DNA from: Minisyncoccia bacterium
GTDB taxonomy: Bacteria; Patescibacteriota; Minisyncoccia; Phycocordibacterales; UBA9973
Length of the DNA stretch: 64,000 nt
Direction: 5' to 3'
Assembly: GCA_039809245.1 (NCBI GenBank)
Contig: JBDHUP010000002.1
Span: 11,188 to 75,187, forward strand
Shown: positions 19,996 through 28,708 of the stretch, one piece after another
Layout of the letters: each line of letters opens with the position of its first letter
Numbering within the stretch: the stretch's first letter is position 1
Notes under the pieces: generated by a model
Databases searched by the model: none
What the model was told of the DNA's origin: nothing
The model's input: only the letters and a program-made list of their open reading frames with translations
Position numbers and translations under genes: made by a program

Positions 19996-21642
19996 TTATT
20001 TTATGGTAATTGAAATGGTAAAGTTTATATCTGAAGATTCCAAGAAATCTGATATAGGTAGCGTAACTGTACTGAATTTCTTGATTGAATCTAGGCTAGA
20101 TTTAAAATCGCGCAAAGTTGAACGGTCAGAAGCAATCCCCATAATCTTTATAGATTTCGAGTTATCTCCTGATTCAGTATAAGATATATCGGAGAAGGTG
20201 ATTCCTTTAGGTTTGATATTAATAATACTTTCAGTTAATTCATCGCTAACAACGTAATCAGTTTTCTTTGAATCAAGGAGGGTTAATTTTGTATTTATTT
20301 CAGCAATTTTTTTATCAATACTCTCTGTTTCTACCTCTGGGTTACTCTGATTAAAAGCTTCTAATCTATTCTCAGCAAGATCGGCTTTAGACTTTGAAAA
20401 GAAGTATAGTGGGAACATTAGAAGGATAGCTGTGACCATTGTGACAGTAAATAGTGATAATATTACACTAGTAAACCTCATCCAATATTCTCTTTTTAAC
20501 TTCTTTTTTTCTTCAACGGGCAATACATTCATCAATGTTTGTGGTTTCTGTATATAGTCAGCAAGGGCAAGACCCAACATTGTGGCATAACCGAAAGATT
20601 CCTCGAAGGACATGTCAGGGACTGATATCTTCATATCAGAAACATTGACCCAAGCATTTGCATTCTCAACTCGAAGCGACATACTAGACTCCAAGTATTC
20701 AGCAAGGCCAGCTAGGTTTGCATCTCCCCCACATAAAATTATATGACTTATGTCTTCATGTTTTATTCCTGGTTCTTCGTGAGTTTTCCAATATACATAT
20801 TGTTTATTTAATTCGTCACGTAAAACAGAGAGTCCATTTAGAATTGCCGGGAATATATCCTCAGTATTTAATGGTGTTTCTCTTAACCCATGCGATCTTT
20901 TTAGTTCTTCAGCTTTTTCAAATGAGATTGAGAAGTTCTTTGCGATCATATTAGTAAGATTTGTACCACCAATATCTAACGTCGTTGTAAAAAAGACCCT
21001 ACCATTATAAGCAATAGAAGCTCCAGTTCTGGCCTCACCGAAATCAACAATAAGTACCGCACTAGGATCATTAACCGGAACCACTGCACGAGCTATTGCT
21101 TGAGCTTCAAGCTCAAATGAAAGCGGGACTAGACCAGAAGCTCTAAAAACAGATAGATAACTCTCTATCATTTCAGTGGCGATGGCTAAAACCTCAACAT
21201 AAATAGACTGACCGTCTTCAGATATAATATCGTAGTCGAAAGTTGTGTCTATTGCTTGGAGAGGTATGTGTTCTTCAAGTTGAAGGAGGATGGTATCTCT
21301 AATCTCATCTTCTTTCATTTTTGGCAAAGCGAGAGTAAATAAGTACATTTGTTCTTCTGGTAAAGATATACGAACAAAGTGTAATCGCTCACGCTTTGCC
21401 AAATCTTTCAAGATTTTAATTAGTTCAGCTTCTTTTTCAATCTTACCAGAGACAATAACCCCAGGTGGAATATTTTCTTTACCGAACCGTCCAAGTCGTA
21501 GCCCTAAAGGTGTAGCTAAAAGTTCCCCATACTTTATAGATAGATCTGAAATATCCAGAGCGCAAGAATTCATCGCCAAGAATGATGGCGTTGGGAAATG
21601 ACGACTGTATAATTTCTTCATTACTATTTTATTATACGACAC
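19996..21642 (-). CDS. pilM: Type IV pilus assembly protein PilM fused to a PilN-like domain
   Basis: ALDISD, VDFGEART, ILCGGDANL, LGLAL, then MNVLP...TM...IMGIASDR (PilN-like). Confidence 0.85.
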   Translation of the reverse strand: MSYNKIVMKKLYSRHFPTPSFLAMNSCALDISDLSIKYGELLATPLGLRLGRFGKENIPPGVIVSGKIEKEAELIKILKDLAKRERLHFVRISLPEEQMYLFTLALPKMKEDEIRDTILLQLEEHIPLQAIDTTFDYDIISEDGQSIYVEVLAIATEMIESYLSVFRASGLVPLSFELEAQAIARAVVPVNDPSAVLIVDFGEARTGASIAYNGRVFFTTTLDIGGTNLTNMIAKNFSISFEKAEELKRSHGLRETPLNTEDIFPAILNGLSVLRDELNKQYVYWKTHEEPGIKHEDISHIILCGGDANLAGLAEYLESSMSLRVENANAWVNVSDMKISVPDMSFEESFGYATMLGLALADYIQKPQTLMNVLPVEEKKKLKREYWMRFTSVILSLFTVTMVTAILLMFPLYFFSKSKADLAENRLEAFNQSNPEVETESIDKKIAEINTKLTLLDSKKTDYVVSDELTESIINIKPKGITFSDISYTESGDNSKSIKIMGIASDRSTLRDFKSSLDSIKKFSTVTLPISDFLESSDINFTISITIK

Positions 21643-21670
21643 TTATGTGTGTTATAAAAGCAGAATAAGT

Positions 21671-22270
21671 TTATAAACTAGGTTTCTTTGATGACTCAAT
21701 TATATATTTGTAGATAAGCGGAATAAGAGAGATAAAAATTATAACTACTATTATTGGTAGTATATAAGTGTCTGGATTTGGGATTAAACTCCCTAAGAAA
21801 TATCCGAGTGAAATTAAGAGAGTAACCCACAAGACTCCTCCTATTATGTTGTATGAGATAAATGTCCTATATCTCATCTTACCAATACCAGCGACAATTG
21901 GAGCAAACGTCCTAATAATCGGAATAAATCTAGCTATAACTATAGTATATATACCGTGCTTCTTGTAAAAAGCTTCTGCATCATCTATTCTTTTCTTCTT
22001 AAAGAAGAAACCTTTATCTTTATAAAAAAGCTTCGGGCCCATAACCTTACCCATCCAGTAACCAATACTGTCCCCAAATATTGCCGCTATAATGCAGCCG
22101 ACAATAAGAACTTTAATATCGAAAAATCCGCTCGCTGCAATTAACCCAGCACTAAATAGTAGTGAGTCGCCTGGTAAGAAAAATCCGAAGAATAATCCGG
22201 ACTCAGCGAAAACCATAAGAAAGACTCCTATTATTCCAACTGTCTTTATTATAATAATAGGATCTGGCAT
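21671..22270 (-). CDS. DedA/VTT family membrane protein
   Basis: FAESGLFFGFFLPGDSLLF, ARFIPIIRTFAP. Confidence 0.93.
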   Translation of the reverse strand: MPDPIIIIKTVGIIGVFLMVFAESGLFFGFFLPGDSLLFSAGLIAASGFFDIKVLIVGCIIAAIFGDSIGYWMGKVMGPKLFYKDKGFFFKKKRIDDAEAFYKKHGIYTIVIARFIPIIRTFAPIVAGIGKMRYRTFISYNIIGGVLWVTLLISLGYFLGSLIPNPDTYILPIIVVIIFISLIPLIYKYIIESSKKPSL

Positions 22271-22271
22271 A

Positions 22272-22607
22272 TTATCTTACTTTACTACCCGCATTAACTT
22301 CAACTTCAGGAACTAAGAATACGGGTCGGCCATCGCTACCATCTACAGCCATAAGCATTCCTTTACTTTCAACCTCTTTAATCATTCGAGGTTCAAGGTT
22401 TACTATATATAGAACTTGTTTGCCAACCAAATTTTCATATTCAGGATAGAATTCATGAATGCCAGAAACAATTTGTCGAAGTTCCCCTTCTCCGAAATCA
22501 ATCATGCATTTTAAAAGTTTGTCTGTCTCTGGCACTGGCTCAACTTCACGAATAGTTCCGACTCGTATATCCATCTTCTTAAATTCATCGTATGTTACGT
22601 ATTCCAT
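22272..22607 (-). CDS. Stand-alone tRNA-binding OB-fold protein (MetRS C-terminal/CsaA/Trbp111-like)
   Basis: DIRVGTI, RQIVSGI, VNLEPR...ESKGM. Confidence 0.9.
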   Translation of the reverse strand: MEYVTYDEFKKMDIRVGTIREVEPVPETDKLLKCMIDFGEGELRQIVSGIHEFYPEYENLVGKQVLYIVNLEPRMIKEVESKGMLMAVDGSDGRPVFLVPEVEVNAGSKVR

Positions 22608-22620
22608 AATTTTAATATTA

Positions 22621-23043
22621 TTAATTATTATTCTTTTTGTCTAAGTATCTTTGAAGGATTAGTGCGGCGGCGGATGCATCAGCTTGAGATTGATCTTCCT
22701 TTTTTGTTTTTCTGGCACTTTTACTTTCTTTGCCTTCTCTTCCACGCGCTTCAACAGTTGTCATGAATTCAGATTGAAAATAAACTGGTAATCCGGTATC
22801 AGCCTCGAGGTTGCGTTTGAATTCTTCAATACTTCCCATTATTTTATTACGAGCTCCTGATAAGTCGTGCGACTCACCGAGAACAATAGCACTTATATTC
22901 TCATCATTGCATAGCCTTTCTATAGCCTCCATTAAAGACATATTATTAGGAAGTATTGCTTTCGGGAAAGCTAATGTGCCCCCCTCATCTGATATAGCAA
23001 CTCCAACTCTTTTTGATCCATAATCTATACCTAAATGCTTCAT
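22621..23043 (-). CDS. ruvX: RuvX/YqgF family nuclease
   Basis: LGIDYGSKRVGVAISD, EFMTT, DASAAALILQRYLD. Confidence 0.93.
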   Translation of the reverse strand: MKHLGIDYGSKRVGVAISDEGGTLAFPKAILPNNMSLMEAIERLCNDENISAIVLGESHDLSGARNKIMGSIEEFKRNLEADTGLPVYFQSEFMTTVEARGREGKESKSARKTKKEDQSQADASAAALILQRYLDKKNNN

Positions 23044-23097
23044 ATATAATAGCCTATCATAATTGCGGGAAAAAGGTATTTCTGCTATGATTCGCCT

Positions 23098-23325
23098 ATG
23101 GAAGTTTTAGGGCAAAAGAATATGTGGATGCTTGTAATTGCTACGCTTTGGGTCCTTCCTTGGAAAGGATATGCACTCTGGACTGCGTCAAAAATGGGCC
23201 ATAAACGATGGTTTATCGCATTGATAATTCTAAACACATTTGCAATCATTGATATCTTTTATATTTTTTATATTGCTAAGAAAACTCCAAAAGATTTAAG
23301 GAATTCCTTAAAAACAAAAATTTAA
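23098..23325 (+). CDS. DUF5652 family small membrane protein
   Basis: WKGYALW...WFIALIILNT. Confidence 0.8.
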   Translation: MEVLGQKNMWMLVIATLWVLPWKGYALWTASKMGHKRWFIALIILNTFAIIDIFYIFYIAKKTPKDLRNSLKTKI

Positions 23326-23340
23326 AATTAAATACACACT

Positions 23341-23427
23341 GGAGGTGTGGCTGAGTGGTTGAAGGCACTTGTCTTGAAAACAAGAGACCGTTTACGCGGT
23401 CCGTGAGTTCGAATCTCACCGCCTCCG
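23341..23427 (+). tRNA. tRNA-Ser (TGA); integration target of the island
   Basis: GGAGGTGTGGCTGAGTGG, CTTGT-CT-TGA-AA-ACAAG, long variable arm, GTGAGTTCGAATCTCAC. Confidence 0.96.
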
Positions 23428-23429
23428 CA
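23414..23429 (+). repeat. tRNA-Ser 3'-end direct repeat, left copy
   Basis: Identical to 41904-41919. Confidence 0.85.
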
Positions 23430-23475
23430 TTGACAACTTGGTAGATACATGACCTGATTACTTATGTAACTAGTG

Positions 23476-23491
23476 CGACCCACAAACCTAT
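23476..23491 (+). repeat. Second direct repeat CGACCCACAAACCTAT, left copy (att-like)
   Basis: Identical to 41664-41679; flanked by the inverted arms TGTAACT and AGTTACA. Confidence 0.8.
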
Positions 23492-23499
23492 CAAGTTAC

Positions 23500-23529
23500 A
23501 AAAAAGAGCGATTCATTTCGCTCTTTTTT
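23500..23529. terminator. Intrinsic terminator
   Basis: AAAAAAGAGCGA-TTCATT-TCGCTCTTTTTT; the same stem recurs at 41919-41946. Confidence 0.8.
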
Positions 23530-23530
23530 G

Positions 23531-24100
23531 TTATTTGTTTTCAAACTTTCTAACGATACGTTCATGTATCTGTATTAACTGTTCCTCAGTAAATATTTTG
23601 TCATATTTCCAGATCTTCCCTCCGAGAGAAAAAGCCTTCAAATAAGCTTCGCAATAGGTTTTTGGGTTTATAACCAAAACGTCATCTCTTTTCTCCCATC
23701 CTAAATCTAATTGGTAATCGTATTCTATTCTGTGTCCCATAGATCCAAGCCATTGGTGAGCAAGAATATTTCGCCAGTTATGAATATCTTCTGCTATTAA
23801 AGAAAACTTGAGATCATCCGTATCTCCATCAACAAAAGTTTCAAGGAATTGTTTGTAATCCTTGAACATCGAATTTGGACTTTCATTCGCAAAGAATACT
23901 TCGCCAACAGTAAGTGCCGATGCATGAACACCTAGAAACATCAAAGATGTTTGGTAGTGCGAAGGTGTCACTCCAATTTCATTATTGAAATAGTTTGCGA
24001 TGGAATTAAGTAGAGTTTCAATTGCCTCTACTGGATGACTCTTGAGTCGCTCAAGACGATGTTCTTGTGACTCTGAATTGTGTGAACGATTTTGACTCAT
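23531..24100 (-). CDS. Hypothetical protein with HEPN-like RxxxxH motif
   Basis: IHNWRNILAHQW in a helical-looking ~190 aa protein. Confidence 0.55.
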   Translation of the reverse strand: MSQNRSHNSESQEHRLERLKSHPVEAIETLLNSIANYFNNEIGVTPSHYQTSLMFLGVHASALTVGEVFFANESPNSMFKDYKQFLETFVDGDTDDLKFSLIAEDIHNWRNILAHQWLGSMGHRIEYDYQLDLGWEKRDDVLVINPKTYCEAYLKAFSLGGKIWKYDKIFTEEQLIQIHERIVRKFENK

Positions 24101-24162
24101 ACTTTAATTTTAGCATTTTTCAAATTTGACTCCACACACTGTTTTTTAGAGAGTTTGAGTGT

Positions 24163-25542
24163 ATGAATAATATAAATGAAAGGTCTGTGGGAAATGCGAC
24201 CTTACCAAATAAACCACTTCCCGTTATTAAGTACTGTCTCTATGCTCGTAAATCAATGGAAGACGAAGAACGGCAAGCTTTGTCTATTGATTCACAGCTA
24301 AAAGAAATGAAGCAAATAGCAGAAAGAGATAATCTCTATGTCGCTACTATGCGAACAGAAGCTCACTCTGCAAAGAATTCTGGTCAACGTCCTGTCTTTA
24401 ATCAAATGATTGAAGAAATACGTGAGGGTAAATACAACGCAATTCTTACATGGAATCCAGATCGTTTAAGCAGAAATGCTGGCGATCTCGGTGTATTGGT
24501 TGATCTTATGGACAGTCAATTATTAGTTGAGATACGGACCTATAATCAAAAGTTTAGTAACTCACCGAATGAAAAGTTTTTACTCATGATACTTGGTTCT
24601 CAAGCAAAACTTGAGAATGACAATAAGAGTATTAATGTGAAGCGTGGTCTTCGTACCAAGGTTGAGATGGGATTATGGCCCACTGTTGCACCAACAGGAT
24701 ATCTAAACAACATGACTCGAGGCAAAGAGGGTCATGTGATTATCGATCCAATTCGTGCACACGTTGTAAAACAAATATTCCAACTCGCAGCAGAAGGCTG
24801 GAGTCATAGAAGAATCAGAAGATGGCTTCGTGATGATTTGGATTTCAGATCCAAAAACAATAAGCACTTGGCTATGAGTACGATACAGAAAATATTATGT
24901 ACTCCTTTCTATTATGGCGAGTTTGAGTTTCCTAGAAAAAGTGGCAATTGGTATAAAGGTATTCATACACCACTCATTACAAAAGAATTATATGATCAGG
25001 TGCGAGAGCAGACTGACGCAAAGAAAAGATTGCAATATGTGTACAAGAAAAACTTTGCCTATACCAAGTTAATGAAGTGTGGTTTGTGTGGTGGAAATGT
25101 TACCGCAGAGGAAAAGTTCAAGGCTCTCAAAGACGGATCTATCGCTCGATATGTTTACTATGGATGCACTCGATCCAAAGATCCATCATGTAAGATTAAA
25201 TATATTCGTGAGGAATATCTCATCCAATCACTTCGTGAGTTGGTTGATAAATTATCACTCGACGATCTTGGTTTGCGTGGTCAATTTGAGAAAGAGGTTG
25301 AACGTATCCACCGATTCAACTGTGATGTTATGGGCAAACCACCCATGTATACCGATTCTGAAGAGCAAGATGTTGATATTAAAAAGTATATTAAATACAT
25401 TCTTCTCGATGGTTCTATAGAAGAGAAACGAAACATACTCCTCAATCTGAAGAGTAAATTAATTCTCAAGGACGGCTTCGTTTATCTCGATGTTGTTACA
25501 GATGAAGACGAGAGTCTTATGCCTACTCCTGTAGGAGATTAA
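24163..25542 (+). CDS. Large serine recombinase (resolvase, recombinase and Zn-ribbon domains)
   Basis: CLYARKS catalytic Ser, PDRLSRN, APTGY, CGLC...YYGC...C. Confidence 0.95.
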   Translation: MNNINERSVGNATLPNKPLPVIKYCLYARKSMEDEERQALSIDSQLKEMKQIAERDNLYVATMRTEAHSAKNSGQRPVFNQMIEEIREGKYNAILTWNPDRLSRNAGDLGVLVDLMDSQLLVEIRTYNQKFSNSPNEKFLLMILGSQAKLENDNKSINVKRGLRTKVEMGLWPTVAPTGYLNNMTRGKEGHVIIDPIRAHVVKQIFQLAAEGWSHRRIRRWLRDDLDFRSKNNKHLAMSTIQKILCTPFYYGEFEFPRKSGNWYKGIHTPLITKELYDQVREQTDAKKRLQYVYKKNFAYTKLMKCGLCGGNVTAEEKFKALKDGSIARYVYYGCTRSKDPSCKIKYIREEYLIQSLRELVDKLSLDDLGLRGQFEKEVERIHRFNCDVMGKPPMYTDSEEQDVDIKKYIKYILLDGSIEEKRNILLNLKSKLILKDGFVYLDVVTDEDESLMPTPVGD

Positions 25543-26851
25543 TCCTTTTATCATTCAGCACTAGTCTACTTCTTAAGTGTCCCAGTAGCTCACGCTTCTC
25601 AAGCGGTGTACCTTCACGCAACACATACTTAGCATATTCCCGAGTATTCACATCATCTTCATTGATGCTGTATTTTGGTGTACCTTTTGTTGCTAGTCTC
25701 TGTAATCTATTGAATCGCTTGATTTCTTCTTCGAGTTTCATTCGCATACCCAACTCATTGATGCTTACCTTATCGATGACCTTAAATAATTCTTCGATCA
25801 GTTCTTCTTCTCGTATGTATTTGTTTTTACAATTCCTATCCTTGGACTTACTGCATGAATAGTAGACGTACTTTGCTGTTGTTCCATCTTTAAGTTCCTT
25901 ATATTTCTCTTGTGCTGTTATTCCTGATTCACACATCCCGCAGGTGAATAATTTAGTGAATGCAAACTCTCTATTTTCTCGCACTATCTTATCTCTCTTT
26001 AATCTATCTTGAGCCTTATCAAACAATTCCTTAGTGATCAACGGTTCGTGCGATCCTTGATACCACTGTCCTGAGTTTCGTGGATATTCAAATGGTCCGT
26101 AGTAGATTGGCATATCGAATATACGATAAACCCCCGACAGAGTCAGGGGTTTATTCCCTCGAGTATAGAAGTTCAAATCGAACCGTAACCAGTTATAGAC
26201 TTTTCTACCACTCCATCCTTCGAATGCAACTTTCTCAAACATCTGTTTTATGACATGAGCACGATCTGGATCGGGTATGATCTGACACTTCTTATCCATT
26301 CTTTTCTGATTGATGTATCCCAGCGGTGCCATTCCGGGCCAGAGACCTGATTCAACTCGGGTACGCAGTCCACGCTTCACATTGATACCTCGGTTATCGT
26401 TTTCGAGTTTAGCCTGACTTCCCAAAATCATCAGGAGGAATTTCTCGTTTGGATTGTTTGAAAATGTCTGACCGAATGTTCGTATCTGTAAAAGTTTTCC
26501 TGCATCCATCAAGTCCACAATTTTTCCAAGGTCTCCTGCGTTTCTACTGATACGGTCAGGTGCCCACGTGAGAATCGCATTATATTTACCATCTTTTATT
26601 TCTTCGATTATTTCATTGAATACTGGTCGCTGACCCGTTTCCTTTGCCGAATGGCTTTCTCTTTTCATTGCCACAATCTCCAAGCCCTCACGATCTGCCA
26701 ACTGAAGCATTTCTTTGATCTGGGAGTCGATAGAGAGGACTTGGCGTTCTTCTGACTCGCTCGATTTTCTGGCGTACAGACAATACTGTGTTTTTACGCT
26801 TTTAATATCTATTTGGGGCATCTCAAAGCCCTGTGGTGCTGTTATTTTCAT
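25523..26851 (-). CDS. Large serine recombinase, paralog convergent with the first
   Basis: CLYARKS, PDRISRN, APLGY, CGMC...YYSC...C; start taken as ATG 26851 (MKITAPQ). Confidence 0.95.
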   Translation of the reverse strand: MKITAPQGFEMPQIDIKSVKTQYCLYARKSSESEERQVLSIDSQIKEMLQLADREGLEIVAMKRESHSAKETGQRPVFNEIIEEIKDGKYNAILTWAPDRISRNAGDLGKIVDLMDAGKLLQIRTFGQTFSNNPNEKFLLMILGSQAKLENDNRGINVKRGLRTRVESGLWPGMAPLGYINQKRMDKKCQIIPDPDRAHVIKQMFEKVAFEGWSGRKVYNWLRFDLNFYTRGNKPLTLSGVYRIFDMPIYYGPFEYPRNSGQWYQGSHEPLITKELFDKAQDRLKRDKIVRENREFAFTKLFTCGMCESGITAQEKYKELKDGTTAKYVYYSCSKSKDRNCKNKYIREEELIEELFKVIDKVSINELGMRMKLEEEIKRFNRLQRLATKGTPKYSINEDDVNTREYAKYVLREGTPLEKRELLGHLRSRLVLNDKRINLLQE

Positions 26852-26955
26852 ACAACCCATTAATGACGCAGACCATTTGAGGAGTCTAGAGCGTCCCATT
26901 TCCTAGCTGTTGGTAACTAAATTACCCTTATTTTTCAATGTAAGCTAGGATACAG

Positions 26956-27006
26956 ACCTATGAAAACCTATGAACACTTGACTTTATATCTTGAATCTGA
27001 TAGACT
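26956..27006 (+). promoter_or_regulatory. Promoter of the R-M operon with tandem upstream repeats
   Basis: ACCTATGAA twice (26956-26964, 26966-26974), then TTGACT-N17-TAGACT (26978-27006). Confidence 0.6.
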
Positions 27007-27019
27007 CAAATTACAACAT

Positions 27020-28702
27020 ATGAGAAAAGATATACAAGAAAAACTTAAGGGGATGCCAGAATTACTCTCTATCGGTCAGGTAGCAGAGATTTTCTCTATC
27101 CACCAAGACACCCTACGAAACTGGGAAAAAGACGGAACACTCGTCCCTCTTAGAGTCGGACCACGAAAAGATCGAAAGTACCGCCCACAAGACATTGAAG
27201 CAATTGTCGACAAAATGGGTAGCAAATTGACCCTTCCTCAACTTGAATCGTTCCTCTGGAAGAGTGCTGACATTCTTCGAGGAAAAATCGACAGTTCTGA
27301 TTACAAGAAATATATCTTTGGTCTTCTTTTCTACAAGCGAATGAGTGACGTTTGGGATGAAGAGTTCAACGCTGTAATGAAAGAGTACGATGATAAAGAT
27401 ATCGCTCGTGCAGACTACAATCACCGTTTCCAAGTTCCTAAAGATTGTCGATGGGAAAAAATTACAGAGCAAGCAGAAAACATCGGACAAAAACTCAATG
27501 ATATTTTTGATAAATTAACCAATGCAAACAGTCCGAAACTAGATAAAATTTTTGATGACCTAGACTTTGCAAACAAAGACCGTTTTCCAAACGAAACACT
27601 TCAGCGACTGATCAATCACTTTTCTCAATACAACTTTGGTAATACTTACATCAGCTCTGATCTCCTTGGTGACGCATATGAATACCTGATCAAACAGTTT
27701 GCAGCGGATGCAGGTAAGAAAGGTGGAGAGTTCTACACGCCTCGTGAAGTTGAAAAAGTTATCGTGGGCATTCTAAAGCCACACCAGAAAGACCACATCT
27801 ACGATCCAACAGTTGGATCGGGTGGTTTCCTTTTGGAAGCATATGACTATTTGAAACAAAAGTCTGGTGAAAAGATCGCAAAGACTTTGTATCTATACGG
27901 TCAAGAACAAAACCTTGCAACCTTTGCGATTGCGAAAATTAACATGTTCCTCCACGGACTTGATAGTGCCGATATTCGCCGAGGTGACACATTGGCAAAT
28001 CCACAATTCCTTAATCAACAAGGAGGTCTTCAAACATTCGACATTGTAGTAGCTAATCCTCCGTACTCAATCAAAGACTATGAATGGGAGGCATTCAAGA
28101 ATAAGTTTGGTCGTTTGGAGGGATACGATGCACCACCCGAGAAAAATGCTGATTATGCTTTTGTCCTCCATATAATCAAATCAATGAACACTAATGGTCG
28201 TGCAGGTATTGTGTTGCCACACGGTGTCTTAACTCGAGGTAATGCTGAGGCACGAATCCGTGAACAAATACTTAAAAATGATCTTGTTGAGGCAATTGTT
28301 GCTCTACCATCAAAACTATTCTATGGGACAGGTATTCCTGCCGTAGTGGTTATCCTTAACAAAAACAAAGCTGAGGACAAGAAAAACAAGGTTTTGATTA
28401 TCGATGCCGAAAAAGATTTTCAGGAAGGCAAAAATCAAAATACTCTAAGACCTGCCGATATAAATAAGATTGTAAAAGCATTTAATGGATACGAGGATAT
28501 CGATAAATACGCATGTGTTGTAACATTGAAAGATATAGAGGAGAAAGATTTTAACCTTAATATCCGAGAGTACATTGATTCATCTGAAGAAGAGGAGGTT
28601 ATTGATGTGAAAAAAGTAAGAAGTGAAATTGCTTCACTTAAAAAAGAATTATCAAAAGCAGATGCTTTAGTTGAAAAGTATTTAGATGAGCTTGGCTATT
28701 AA
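27020..28702 (+). CDS. hsdM: Type I R-M methyltransferase subunit with N-terminal MerR/Xis-like HTH
   Basis: LSIGQVAEIFSIHQDTLRNWE...RKYR fused in frame to LESFLWKSADILRG, GEFYTP, YDPTVGSGG, NPPY; start taken as ATG 27020. Confidence 0.93.
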   Translation: MRKDIQEKLKGMPELLSIGQVAEIFSIHQDTLRNWEKDGTLVPLRVGPRKDRKYRPQDIEAIVDKMGSKLTLPQLESFLWKSADILRGKIDSSDYKKYIFGLLFYKRMSDVWDEEFNAVMKEYDDKDIARADYNHRFQVPKDCRWEKITEQAENIGQKLNDIFDKLTNANSPKLDKIFDDLDFANKDRFPNETLQRLINHFSQYNFGNTYISSDLLGDAYEYLIKQFAADAGKKGGEFYTPREVEKVIVGILKPHQKDHIYDPTVGSGGFLLEAYDYLKQKSGEKIAKTLYLYGQEQNLATFAIAKINMFLHGLDSADIRRGDTLANPQFLNQQGGLQTFDIVVANPPYSIKDYEWEAFKNKFGRLEGYDAPPEKNADYAFVLHIIKSMNTNGRAGIVLPHGVLTRGNAEARIREQILKNDLVEAIVALPSKLFYGTGIPAVVVILNKNKAEDKKNKVLIIDAEKDFQEGKNQNTLRPADINKIVKAFNGYEDIDKYACVVTLKDIEEKDFNLNIREYIDSSEEEEVIDVKKVRSEIASLKKELSKADALVEKYLDELGY

Positions 28703-28708
28703 TACAAT

